NCBI GenBank assembly: GCA_965217125.1
Contig: OZ244244.1
Location: 719,358 to 783,357 of the forward strand
DNA length: 64,000 bases
Reading direction: 5' to 3'
Source of the DNA: Gammaproteobacteria bacterium
GTDB taxonomy: Bacteria; Pseudomonadota; Gammaproteobacteria; PS1; Pseudothioglobaceae
The notes below the pieces were generated by a model. That model was not told the DNA's origin. It saw only the letters and a program-made list of their open reading frames with translations, and did not search any database. Of this stretch, positions 1 to 9,800 are shown in pieces. Every line of letters starts with the position of its first letter. Positions within the stretch are counted from its first letter, which is position 1. Both the position numbers and the translations under genes were made by a program.

Positions 1-2
1 CT

Positions 3-833
3 TATAGTTTTATTGCGCAACAGTATCAAGATTTAATTGATGCAGATGCTCAGAAAATTACCCTTAAAAATCCAATTTCAGCCGATATGTCAATTATGCG
101 CTCATCATTATGGGCAGGATTATTACAAACTGTCGAATCCAATCAAAGGCGCGGTCATAACAATGCCAGATTTTTTGAATTAGGCTTGTGTTTTGCAGGC
201 CTTAAAGCCAATCAACAAATACAAAAAATTGCCGGCATTATCAGCGGCAATCGTTACCATCAGCAGTGGTCAGGTGAGGCTCGGGCAGTTGATTTTTATG
301 ATATTAAATCCGATGTTGAATCCTTGTTGTTACTAAGCGGCAAAGTGGCTGAGTTTGAGATAGCGCAGCATCCAGCATTGCAAAAAGGTCAAACTGCTAA
401 AATCCTATTGGATGGCAAGCAGATTGGCTGGGTTGGCACTTTATCACCAATAGCACAACAGCAATTATCTTTAGCAAAATGCTACCTGTTTGAGCTTGAT
501 TTAGCCAGTTTGCAACAAGGCAGTATTGCTCAATATCAGCCATTTTCTGCATATCAAAAAACAACTCGTGATATTGCTTTAATAGTTGATGAGCATATTC
601 CAGCAGCTGATTTGATTAGCAGCATTAAAAGCTTGACACAAAATTATTTAGTAGATATTAACCTATTTGATGTGTATATAGGCGATAATATTGGAGTCGG
701 CAAAAAGAGTTTGGCACTTAATTTAATTTACCAATCAAACAGCGCAACACTCAGCGACGAACAAGTAGAACAACAAGTAGAACAAGTATTAACATTGATG
801 CAAACACAATTTTCAGCAACACAGAGGGTATAA
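3..833 (+). CDS. pheT: Phenylalanine--tRNA ligase beta subunit, C-terminal part (5' end lies upstream of the window)
   Basis: The frame of ORF 87..833 stays open back to nt 3 (YSFIAQQYQDLIDADAQKITLKNPISADMSIMRSSLWAGLL). The NPxSxxxSxMRxSL motif and C-terminal FDVYxG...KSLAxxL end are typical of PheT. It is followed by ihfA, as in many proteobacteria. Confidence 0.9.
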   Translation, partial: YSFIAQQYQDLIDADAQKITLKNPISADMSIMRSSLWAGLLQTVESNQRRGHNNARFFELGLCFAGLKANQQIQKIAGIISGNRYHQQWSGEARAVDFYDIKSDVESLLLLSGKVAEFEIAQHPALQKGQTAKILLDGKQIGWVGTLSPIAQQQLSLAKCYLFELDLASLQQGSIAQYQPFSAYQKTTRDIALIVDEHIPAADLISSIKSLTQNYLVDINLFDVYIGDNIGVGKKSLALNLIYQSNSATLSDEQVEQQVEQVLTLMQTQFSATQRV

Positions 834-838
834 ATATT

Positions 839-1126
839 ATGTCATTAACTAAAAAAGATATCGCCGATAAACTATATGAGGCGATTGATATTAATCAAAC
901 TAAGGCCATGTCAATCACCAAATATTTTTTCAAAAGTATTAAAAACAGTCTAGCAAATGGCGAGACGGTTAAATTATCTGGTTTTGGTAATTTTGTCGTT
1001 AAAGAAAAATCATCCAGAGTCGGTAGAAACCCAAAAACAGGCGAGCCTGTAACCGTTTCAGCCAGAAAGGTGGTAAGCTTTAAAGCCGGACCAAAACTTA
1101 AAAAAATAATTCTAGAAAGCGTTTAG
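839..1126 (+). CDS. ihfA: Integration host factor alpha subunit
   Basis: 95 aa HU/IHF fold: LSGFGNFVVKEK..RVGRNPKTGEPV..ARKVVSFKAGPKLK. Located immediately downstream of pheT. Confidence 0.9.
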   Translation: MSLTKKDIADKLYEAIDINQTKAMSITKYFFKSIKNSLANGETVKLSGFGNFVVKEKSSRVGRNPKTGEPVTVSARKVVSFKAGPKLKKIILESV

Positions 1127-1153
1127 GCCGAGCGCAGTTTTGTTATTTGTTAA

Positions 1154-1624
1154 TTAACTTATAGCCAACATAAAACCTTTAAGCACAGGCATAACTTTAT
1201 CAATAAGTTGTTGATTTTGCTCTTCATTTCTTAGCTGACCTGCTAATAATTTATTAGTTTCTTTTAAACTAACCTGATAATCATCATCAAACTCAAAGGC
1301 AATAAAATAAAAGCCTTTGCCTTTATTTCTGGTTGAATGGATAGCAAGAAAATCTGTTTCCCACGCAAGTTCAGCCTGATAAATCGCTGCTGAGTTGCTT
1401 TTGTCTTTTTGTAGCAAAATCATAGTATTGCCAAAATGAAAAATAAAATGCTCAGCAGCGCAACTTGAAGCCGGTTTGCCTTGCAGCTCGCCAGCACGCA
1501 AGGCATCAGCGATTTGTTTAAGTTTTTCATCATCTATTTGAATGTATTTAGCATCTAAATAATCATCAATATTGCTATCAGGGTAATTATTTTCTAAGAA
1601 TTTAATCAGTTTTTTTAACATCAA
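1154..1624 (-). CDS. Hypothetical protein (156 aa)
   Basis: Clean ORF filling the intergenic space. No motif recognised. Confidence 0.5.
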   Translation of the reverse strand: MMLKKLIKFLENNYPDSNIDDYLDAKYIQIDDEKLKQIADALRAGELQGKPASSCAAEHFIFHFGNTMILLQKDKSNSAAIYQAELAWETDFLAIHSTRNKGKGFYFIAFEFDDDYQVSLKETNKLLAGQLRNEEQNQQLIDKVMPVLKGFMLAIS

Positions 1625-1665
1625 GCCGCCTTTAATAAAAAACCCCTATTATAATTGCAAAACTT

Positions 1666-2568
1666 ATGGACAGCACCCAACAAAATCTCTATTTAGGCAT
1701 ATTATTGGCATTTTTGGCCACATTTTTATTTGCCTTAAAATCTATATTTATTAAGTTAGCTTATTTTGAGGGGCTAAATAGTGATGTTGTTTTGATGTTG
1801 CGTATGGCAATTTCTCTGCCTATTTATTTTGCTATATTAAGTTATATTTTTTGGAAAAGAAGTAAATCTATAATACTGACTCAAAAAACAATTTTTAGCA
1901 TTACTGGACTGGGCTTTATTGGATATTTTCTAGCATCTTTATTGGATTTAAAAGGTCTTGAGTATATTTCTGCTGGTTTGGAAAGATTGACTTTATTTAG
2001 CTATCCTATTTTTATCGCTATTTTAGGTGCAATTTTCTTTTCTACACCATTAACTAAGCGCATTATCGTTGTATTAGTTACAACTTATTTAGGGCTATGG
2101 TTAATGTTTAATCAAGAAAGCTTATCAAGTAACAGTAATAATATCGGAACTGGCGTTACGCTAGTATTGTTCTCAGCATTAAGTTACGCGTTTTATGTAT
2201 TGTTTAGCAAGAAAATTATCAGTAGTATTGGTTCTGTTTTGTTTACCGCAATTGCTATGAGTGCCTCCAGTATATTTGTGTTGTTTTTTTATTTTTTATT
2301 GTTTGATTTGTCTCAGCTGTCAATTAGTTACAACGCATGGCTTTGGGTGTTTTTATTGGCGATACTAAGCACAGTTATCCCCAGTTTTTTAATCAATGAG
2401 GCAATTCACAGGATTTCACCTTTGCAAACAAGTGTTGTGGGAATGCTGGGGCCTGTTGTTACAATAATATTGGCGATATTCATACTCAACGAACCATTTG
2501 GAATTTATCAGTTTTTAGGTGTTAGTTTAGTTATGTTAGGTGTAGGGCTTTTGACTTTTAGACGATAG
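1666..2568 (+). CDS. EamA/DMT-family permease
   Basis: 300 aa with about 10 hydrophobic helices in two similar halves, the usual length and organisation of EamA-domain transporters. Confidence 0.65.
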   Translation: MDSTQQNLYLGILLAFLATFLFALKSIFIKLAYFEGLNSDVVLMLRMAISLPIYFAILSYIFWKRSKSIILTQKTIFSITGLGFIGYFLASLLDLKGLEYISAGLERLTLFSYPIFIAILGAIFFSTPLTKRIIVVLVTTYLGLWLMFNQESLSSNSNNIGTGVTLVLFSALSYAFYVLFSKKIISSIGSVLFTAIAMSASSIFVLFFYFLLFDLSQLSISYNAWLWVFLLAILSTVIPSFLINEAIHRISPLQTSVVGMLGPVVTIILAIFILNEPFGIYQFLGVSLVMLGVGLLTFRR

Positions 2569-2581
2569 ATAGCAATTAGAT

Positions 2582-3220
2582 TTATGCCTGTTTTTGTTTC
2601 CATTCAATAAAGGAAATTAAGCTGTTATTTGGCTCTTGGTTTAAAATTTCCGCCATACTTTTTGTTCCCATTGATAATAAATAATTAAGATTGTCATTAA
2701 ATTTTGCCCCCTCTATAACCAAAATATCATCTTGATGAACCTCAAACATAAAGCCACCATTTGGAATTGGACTCATTGAGAGGGTAACTGTGTAATGGTT
2801 TTTAATAATACTTTCTTTGGTGGAATACATAAGTCCGATATTGTAGCCCGATTGAGTAAAACCTTTAATTGCCACGACTAAAACCTCATTTTTACCTTTT
2901 TTTGAGGAATTGAAAATAGCTACAATATCTTTAATTGTGGAATAAAATGGTATTTTTTTGACAAGCATCTCAACAATAGATGCAATCCGTGTGGTGGCGA
3001 TACTACCGATAATAAATAGTGCTAATAGGGTAATAATAACCCCCATAATTACCCATAAAAGAAAATATTCATTAGTATTAACGCCCAATCCAGTAAATAA
3101 AATATGCGTTAATATTGAGGCTTTTGCAAATAACCAATTTGCAATAAAAACAATTAGTAGGATTGGTAAAATCCAAAAAAAACCTTGTAATGCAGTGTTA
3201 AATATCTTTTTAAATATCAT
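2582..3220 (-). CDS. DUF502-family membrane protein
   Basis: 212 aa with N-terminal TM helices, then a soluble part with an SPIPNGGF motif resembling the conserved P-x-P-x-x-G of DUF502. Confidence 0.55.
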   Translation of the reverse strand: MIFKKIFNTALQGFFWILPILLIVFIANWLFAKASILTHILFTGLGVNTNEYFLLWVIMGVIITLLALFIIGSIATTRIASIVEMLVKKIPFYSTIKDIVAIFNSSKKGKNEVLVVAIKGFTQSGYNIGLMYSTKESIIKNHYTVTLSMSPIPNGGFMFEVHQDDILVIEGAKFNDNLNYLLSMGTKSMAEILNQEPNNSLISFIEWKQKQA

Positions 3221-3540
3221 AAATTTTCCATTTTTATTACGCTAAACGCCACTTCTTCGTAAGGGTGAGATAATTTCATCGCCTCAATTACCAAATCAAG
3301 ATTATCATCCGCACAAACCATTTCAACCTTATATTCATCAATCACTTCAAGCTTATCCAGCTTGCCAATGCTCGGATTAGCGCCGCTAACTGCTTTAAAC
3401 TGACCGATGCCAACTGTTTGCCAAGCACAATTTTTATAGTTATTAAATTTCCCTGCACCTGCTGCAAACATAGCGTTTTTAACAATTTCTAAATCGTCTT
3501 TGGCCACATAAAAACTAATTTGATACATTTGCACACTCAA
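3217..3540 (-). CDS. Small PII-like protein of the NIF3/YqfO insert-domain type (COG3323-like)
   Basis: 107 aa: YQISFYV..DLEIVKNAMFAAGAGK..NYKNCAWQT.G.GQF....ANP.IG......V.EYKVEMVC. Overlaps the downstream gene by 4 nt. Confidence 0.45.
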   Translation of the reverse strand: MSVQMYQISFYVAKDDLEIVKNAMFAAGAGKFNNYKNCAWQTVGIGQFKAVSGANPSIGKLDKLEVIDEYKVEMVCADDNLDLVIEAMKLSHPYEEVAFSVIKMENL

Positions 3541-3586
3541 AAAAATAATAGATTATACTGTTATTTTTATATTGAGTAAATTAACT

Positions 3587-4078
3587 ATGCAAACAGCGTA
3601 TTTTGCTGGCGGATGTTTTTGGTGTGTTGAGGCGATTTTCCAGCGCGTAAAAGGCGTTAATAGTGTTGTCTCTGGTTATTGTAACGGCACCGGCGCTAAC
3701 CCAACTTATCAAGATATTTGCACAGGAACAACCGGGCATGCAGAGGCAATCAAAATTGAATTTGATGAATCTCAAACCTCTTTTGCCGCGTTATTAGCCG
3801 TGTTTTTTGCCACCCATGATGCCACAACACTTAATCAGCAAGGTAATGACCGCGGCACACAATACCGTTCTGCGGTGTTTTATGTAAATGCTGAGCAACA
3901 ACAGCAAGCCGCGCAATTTATACAAAAATCCGGCGGCAAGATTGTAACCGAACTAACAAAACTTGATGTGTTTTATCCAGCTGAAGACTACCATCAAAAT
4001 TACTTTAACAACAACAAAAATCAGCCATATTGCCAGCTATTAATCGCACCAAAATTGGCTAAATACTTCCATGAATGA
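3587..4078 (+). CDS. msrA: Peptide-methionine (S)-S-oxide reductase
   Basis: GGCFWCVEAIFQRVKGV active-site motif and HAEAIKIEFD. ATG at 3587 is preferred over the TTG at 3572 used by the ORF track. Confidence 0.9.
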   Translation: MQTAYFAGGCFWCVEAIFQRVKGVNSVVSGYCNGTGANPTYQDICTGTTGHAEAIKIEFDESQTSFAALLAVFFATHDATTLNQQGNDRGTQYRSAVFYVNAEQQQQAAQFIQKSGGKIVTELTKLDVFYPAEDYHQNYFNNNKNQPYCQLLIAPKLAKYFHE

Positions 4079-4814
4079 CCAAGATTTACTTAGGTATTCA
4101 CGCCAAATTTTATTGCCAGAAATCGGCATAGAAGGGCAGCAATCTTTGCTTGATTCAACTATGTTGCTAATCGGCATCGGCGGGCTTGGCTCGCCCTCGG
4201 CTATGTATCTTGCCGCCGCTGGGGTTGGTCATCTGCTTATTGCTGATTTTGACCAAGTCGAATTGTCCAATTTACAACGACAAATTATTCACTACACGGA
4301 TGATATTGGCACGGATAAGGTTAATTCTGCTAAAGATAAATTATTGGCAATTAACCCTAATATTCAAATCAGCACTATAAAAAACTTAGATGAAAACATC
4401 AATTCATTTGTAAAAAAAGCTGATGTAGTATTAGATGGCACTGATAATTTTGAATCGCGTTTTAACATCAATCAAGCCTGTGTGTTAGCAAAAACCCCAT
4501 TAGTTTCAGCTGCTGTTATCCGTTTTGAAGGTCAATTATCGGTTTTTAAAGGCTATCAGGCAAACCATGCCTGTTATCAATGTTTATATCCAAAAGTCGG
4601 CAATAGCCATGAAAACTGTAGTGAAAATGGCATATTAGCCCCAGTAGCAGGGTTGTTAGGCACATTACAAGCACTGCAAGCAATAAAAGTCGCACTAAAT
4701 TTAGGCGAGCAATTAGTCGGCAAACTAATGATTATTGATGCACTAAATTTAAGCTTTAGAAATGTCAAAATTAGCAAAGACAAATCTTGTAAAATTTGCG
4801 CTAACGGGGCGTAG
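4071..4814 (+). CDS. moeB: MoeB/ThiF-family adenylyltransferase (molybdopterin-synthase adenylyltransferase-like)
   Basis: [16 protein letters not shown], the [19 protein letters not shown] nucleotide loop, [13 protein letters not shown], and CxxC pairs (CYQC, CKIC). Overlaps the msrA stop by 8 nt. Confidence 0.75.
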   Translation: MNDQDLLRYSRQILLPEIGIEGQQSLLDSTMLLIGIGGLGSPSAMYLAAAGVGHLLIADFDQVELSNLQRQIIHYTDDIGTDKVNSAKDKLLAINPNIQISTIKNLDENINSFVKKADVVLDGTDNFESRFNINQACVLAKTPLVSAAVIRFEGQLSVFKGYQANHACYQCLYPKVGNSHENCSENGILAPVAGLLGTLQALQAIKVALNLGEQLVGKLMIIDALNLSFRNVKISKDKSCKICANGA

Positions 4815-4881
4815 CGCAGTTTGGTAGCGCACTTGACTGGGGGTCAAGTGGTCGGAGGTTCAAATCCTCTCGTCCCGACCA
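4805..4881 (+). tRNA. tRNA-Pro, anticodon GGG
   Basis: Hand-folded cloverleaf. Acceptor CGGGGCG/CGTCCCG (one G-U), D arm GCGC-AGTTTGGTA-GCGC, anticodon arm CTTGA-CTGGGGG-TCAAG (GGG at 4839-4841), T arm GGAGG-TTCAAAT-CCTCT, encoded ACCA end. Confidence 0.85.
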
Positions 4882-5011
4882 CTTAATAACATTTTTAATT
4901 GGTTTTTATAGGCTATGACTAATAAATTTGTGTTAAAAATATTTTATTTAATATTGTTTTTAAGATACATATCTTTATAATCACATAGTTTTTACTTACT
5001 AAGGAATAAAT

Positions 5012-5476
5012 ATGAATAATGAAGAATACGAATACGCGGGTTTTTGGATTAGAGTTGGTGCGGCGCTAATTGATATGCTATTAATTTTAATAATTACTGC
5101 TCCATTAACAATGATGATATATGGAATCTCAGTATGGGAAGGTGAAACAACATTTTTAGGTCCAGCTGATTTTTTAATCAACTACACATTACCATTTTTT
5201 GCTACTGTATTATTTTGGTATTATAAATCTGCTACTCCCGGAAAAATGGCATTGAAAATAAAAATAGTTAATGCCGATGATGGCGGCAAATTAAGCGTAG
5301 GACAAAGCATAGGCAGATATTTTGCATATATTCCAGCTATGTTAGTTTTATTTATTGGCATATTTTGGGTAGCATTTGATAGTAGAAAACAAGGTTGGCA
5401 TGACAAATTAGCAAAAACAGTAGTAATTAGAAAGAAAAATACGAATTTTACTAAAAAAGTAGAATTTAAAAGCTAA
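5012..5476 (+). CDS. RDD-family membrane protein
   Basis: 154 aa. YAGFWIRVGAALIDMLLI opening, three TM helices, and a C-terminal R..GWHDKLAKTVV motif typical of RDD domains. Confidence 0.7.
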   Translation: MNNEEYEYAGFWIRVGAALIDMLLILIITAPLTMMIYGISVWEGETTFLGPADFLINYTLPFFATVLFWYYKSATPGKMALKIKIVNADDGGKLSVGQSIGRYFAYIPAMLVLFIGIFWVAFDSRKQGWHDKLAKTVVIRKKNTNFTKKVEFKS

Positions 5477-5526
5477 CAAAAACACTCTGCCTGACTTTGG
5501 CGCTTTTTTGGCAAAGGATATAAACA

Positions 5527-5745
5527 ATGAAACTAAATTATTACAACGATACCGATTCTTTATATATTGATTTATCGCTGAGCAAAAGTGTTGAGAGTAA
5601 AGAAATCTCAGATGGTGTTATTATTGATTATGATAGTTTTGGAAATGTTACCGGAATTGATATTGATAACGCAAGCAAAATTCTTGATTTGAAAGAATTT
5701 ACAATGAGCCATCTTCCTTTTCAAAAACAAGCGATATTAGCATAA
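5527..5745 (+). CDS. DUF2283-family small protein
   Basis: 72 aa. Y.ND.DSLYIDLS......SKEISDGVIIDYDSFGNVTGIDIDNAS matches the DUF2283 pattern. Confidence 0.7.
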   Translation: MKLNYYNDTDSLYIDLSLSKSVESKEISDGVIIDYDSFGNVTGIDIDNASKILDLKEFTMSHLPFQKQAILA

Positions 5746-5900
5746 CAAATCATTCCTACTCAAAGATACAAGAGGATTGCAGTTGGTTTTTAGATAGTTT
5801 TATGCAAAATATAGCAAGGCTTAATGTCATATTTGCAATTATTATCTTTGGATTAGGAAAATATGGTTAAATACAAGTCTTTAACATTTAAAAGGTAATT

Positions 5901-6704
5901 ATGAAATATTTATTTATTATTTTAGCAATGTTTTTGCTAAGTAGCTGTGGAGACGGCAGTGGCAGTGCTGGCAATAATGCTGGCGACACTTCTGGTGATA
6001 GTTCTGGCGACACTTCTGGTGACACTTCTGGTGATAATGCTGGCGACACTTCTGGAGATAATGCTGGCGACAGTGCTGGCGGTAGTAACAATAATGTTCA
6101 AACTACAGCAACCTATACAATAACTTTTCAGGCAAGTTGGACAAGTGAAAAATTTCCAACTAATTTTCCAGGAGGCGACCATTTTTCTGGTTTAATTGGC
6201 GCAACACATAATGAATCAGTGGTTTTTTGGCAACGAGATAGCAGTGCTACTGCAGGCATTGAAAGTATGGCAGAAGTAGGCTCAAAAAGTTTATTAACAG
6301 CAGAAATTGAGACAGCAAGAAACGCTGGCAATGCGCAATTTACATTAAGTGGTGGTGGATTAGGTTCAGGCATTAGTAGCACGGCACTTCAGTTTAATAT
6401 CAGTCAAGAGTATTCCTTAGTTACATTAGTGAGTATGATTGCCCCTAGCCCTGATTGGTTTGTCGGGGTTAATGGTGTTGATTTATTTGTTAATGGAGAT
6501 TGGGTAGATTCTATGGTAATAAATTTATTCTTATATGATGCTGGCACTGATGGAGGAGAGACTTTTGTTGCTGCTAACAGCAATACTACTGGCGAAACCA
6601 TTACTCGTTTAACAACTGATGCTGCAAATACAGATTTTAATGACGGCATTCATCGCACATCTGGCGATTATGTTGGACAATTTACTTTTCAAAAAACTGA
6701 ATAA
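5901..6704 (+). CDS. Spondin-N-domain lipoprotein with a G-D-x-S/A repeat linker
   Basis: Lipobox LLSSC, then a (GDTS/GDNA/GDSS)n linker. The body carries YTITFQASWTSEKFPTNFPGGDHFSGLIGATHN and APSPDWFVGVNGVDLF, which I recognise as spondin N-terminal domain signatures. Confidence 0.7.
   Translation: MKYLFIILAMFLLSSCGDGSGSAGNNAGDTSGDSSGDTSGDTSGDNAGDTSGDNAGDSAGGSNNNVQTTATYTITFQASWTSEKFPTNFPGGDHFSGLIGATHNESVVFWQRDSSATAGIESMAEVGSKSLLTAEIETARNAGNAQFTLSGGGLGSGISSTALQFNISQEYSLVTLVSMIAPSPDWFVGVNGVDLFVNGDWVDSMVINLFLYDAGTDGGETFVAANSNTTGETITRLTTDAANTDFNDGIHRTSGDYVGQFTFQKTE
5982..6077 (+). repeat. 12-nt tandem repeat, 8 units (GGYGAYASTKCT-like), inside the spondin-like gene
   Basis: Read directly: ggcgacacttct ggtgatagttct ggcgacacttct ggtgacacttct ggtgataatgct ggcgacacttct ggagataatgct ggcgacagtgct. 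All frames on both strands are open. Confidence 0.9.
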
Positions 6705-6716
6705 AACACCTGAAAC

Positions 6717-6835
6717 AACAAATAAAATGAAAAATAACAATAAAAGGGCAACGCCGCCATTATTTTAAAAAAAACTTTTTTATTTATAAATAATGCTATA
6801 AAATAAAAATTTATATTAACCACTAATAATTTATT
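6717..6835 (+). repeat. Intergenic family unit, copy 0 (upstream of paralogue A)
   Basis: aacaaataaaatgaaaaataacaataaaaggg..gcc..ttatttt-A(n)-c-T(n)-atttataaataatgNtataaaat-leader. The same unit recurs at 10273-, 14945-, 18055- and 22760-. Confidence 0.85.
6794..6802 (+). promoter_or_regulatory. Putative extended -10 promoter element (TGcTATAAA) for paralogue A
   Basis: A conserved TGnTATAAA/TATAAT lies about 35-45 nt upstream of the ATG in all four family units. No transcript data. Confidence 0.3.
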
Positions 6836-9800
6836 ATGAAAAAAATAATCCTAACACTACTATTAACCCTCTCAGCCTTAATTAATGTTAATGCTGCTAC
6901 AGCTTTTTCCTTAGATATTGATGGCAATGGGACTATTAATGCCTCTAATGATGGATTAGTTATCTTTAAATATTTACTAAACTCTAATGCTAACAATTTA
7001 CATACTACTATTTCTAGTAATGCTGCTGATGACAGAAAAACAACCGCACAGTTGAAGGCTTATTTAGATAGTGCAGGAGGTATTTTAGATATTGATGGCA
7101 ATGGGAGTACTAATGCCTCTAATGATGGCTTGATTATCTTTAAATATTTACTAAACTCTAATGCTAACAATTTACATACTACTATTGCTAGTAATGCAGT
7201 TGGTAGCAAAACAACAACCGTAGATTTGAAGGCTTATTTAGACCAATATATTGGCTCCGTTGTAATTACTACTGGAACTGCTACTGTAACTGGAACTTTT
7301 AAGGAATCTGATCTTGATGCTGGTGCTGAATATACAAACAATGATAATGATGACTTAGATAGCGGAACTTATGTTGATACTTTTATTACAGAATTAGAAG
7401 ATGGAGTTGAAGTTGATATATCTAAAAGAACACTTACTGGAACTATCTACACTGTTACCCGTGATGTTAACACTGGAACTGCTACTGTAACTGCAACATT
7501 CTTTGAGTCTGATGTTGGAGATAAAAACAAGGATACTGATACCTTAGATAATGGAACTTATATTGAGACTTTTACTACAGAATTTATTAATGGAGTTGAA
7601 GATACATCTAAAAGAACACTTACTATAACTACCTACACTGTTACCAGTGATATTAACACTGGAACTGCTACTGAAATTGGAACTTTTAGTGAATCTGACC
7701 CTGCTATTGGAAATCAAAACAATGATAATGATGACTTAGATAGTGGAACTTATGTTAAGATTTTTGCTACAGAATTTATTAATGGAGTTGAAGATACATC
7801 TAAAAGAACACTTACTATAACTACCTACACCGTTACCAGCGATGTTAACACTGGAACTGCTACTGCAACTGGAACTTTTAGTGAATCTGATCTTGAAGCT
7901 GGTGATGAATATACAAACAATGATAATGATGACTTAGATAGTGGAACTTATGTTAGGACTTTTACTACAGAATTTATTAATGGAGTTGAAGATACATCTA
8001 AAAGAATACTTATTGAAACTATCTACACTATTACCAATGATGTTACTCCTGTTGAAAGTGAATTAACTGCTATTTATGCTGCTGATACTCCTCCAACTGC
8101 ATTTATCAGTGGTGGTGCTATCGATACTGTGGCATTAGCAATACCAACTGGTGCTGGAAATGCTCAAAGTAGAGTTGATTTTCTATCATTATTAGATTCA
8201 GGATCAACTGCTACAATACAACAAGTACACTCTGGTGATACTAACAATCCTTCATACATTGTATTTCAACAAAATCAAGGAACTGTTAATGCTCTTGTGA
8301 ATGGAACTTATAGTGATATAGCTACAACAGATTTTAGAGATTGGGCTTTAGAAGTTGTAAAAGCAATTTGGCATTTAGAACACCCTAATTATGCTAGAGC
8401 GAAGCAACTTTCTGAGTTAATAGGCCAACACGGTATTACTGCCGGTCAAGTGAATTATAGTGGTGGCATGCAAATCTGGAATTATACTCAAAACGGAACT
8501 GATTATAATTTTTCATTCGGAACAGCCAGTTCTTTAATTGAAATAACTGATTGGGATACTAAATTTCAGGAATTATTATATACAGTAAATCCTAATTCTC
8601 ACGCAGCAAGAAAAGCTGTTTTAGAATCTTATAATTCTATTGACGGCATTTCTAATCTTGAAGTGAAAACAACTGGAACTATTACTATTACTTATTTAAC
8701 ATGGGATTTGAATGGAACTTTACAACCTAACTATTATTTTAGCGCTACTAATCCAACTATAAATGCACAAGGAGATACTGATGGTGATCTTTCAGCTCTT
8801 TCTACACAACAATTTGAGCAATATAGAGAGAGATTGTATAATAAATTAATTGATCATTTTCCAACTCCTGCTGAAATTAGAGCTATTAGAATAGCTGACA
8901 TTGCAGATTTAGATGATGCTGCTACTGATGTAACAATCACTAATAGTTTCTCCAATACTGTTGGAGATACATTTCAAATAAATGTAGTAGGTGATCCTGT
9001 TTATCAATCTGAATTTTCCACAAATACTTATGAAAATGGAATTTTATTATTTGAAAATTTAGGAGATACCCAATGGATTAATATGAAGCAAGCAATTTCT
9101 GATGAAATTGGTAACATTGATGATGATATTACAGAAAGAAACATAAGAATTGCTGTATTAATTCAAAATGCAAATAATGATGTAACTGTAGATGCTCTAT
9201 ATAATGCTGTTCGTGGTGATCTTTTTGAATTAGATAATGGCACTACAAAAGCACAGATCTATGTTAATGATTATGATCTTCCGCTTGTATCAGGTGGATA
9301 TACAAGGTTAGAAAATTTAGAATCAACAAGTGAGTATAGCGCACTGGACACAGCGATAGCCGCAAAAGCCACTGAATTGCAAAATGAAATCTTTGAAGTA
9401 GCATTTCAAGCTTTTTATGATTTAGATACACTTCCAGCCACACTTCCAAGTGTTATTGATGTTGCTGCTCAAGCAGTAAGCACTAGTGGTTCTAGCGGTC
9501 TTCCCAGAAAGGATTTTATGAAGTTGTTAGGAAAATTTGGAGTTACAATAGTTAATGTAATTGATGTCTCTTCCAATGATAAATCTTATGTTGAATTATC
9601 TAGTAATGTTAATGTTTATGCTCTTGTTAATGGTTTTACTTATCAATTAGATCCAAGTGATTTTAGTGATTGGGTTTTTGAAGTTATGAAAGAAGTTTGG
9701 GATCACGGACATACTACTAATGAGCAAAGAGGTGGAATCATAAATGGTGCTTTTGATACAGATACTCTTGATGTTAAAATATTAACATTTACAGAACCAC

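Noticed and set aside
5888-6182. Minus-strand ORFs 5888-6091 (PALSPEVSP... repeats) and 5937-6182
   Set aside because: They mirror the 12-nt tandem repeat in the spondin-like gene. A period divisible by 3 keeps all frames open. The plus-strand lipoprotein reading has a lipobox and a recognisable domain.
8363-8392. The HLEH within the recurrent AIWHLEHPNY motif as a zinc-protease (HExxH / HxxEH) active site
   Set aside because: The spacing is H-x-E-H, which matches neither zincin nor inverzincin consensus. Many module copies replace the residues (WDLVNP, WDLENP, WHIGNP), so they are not catalytic invariants.
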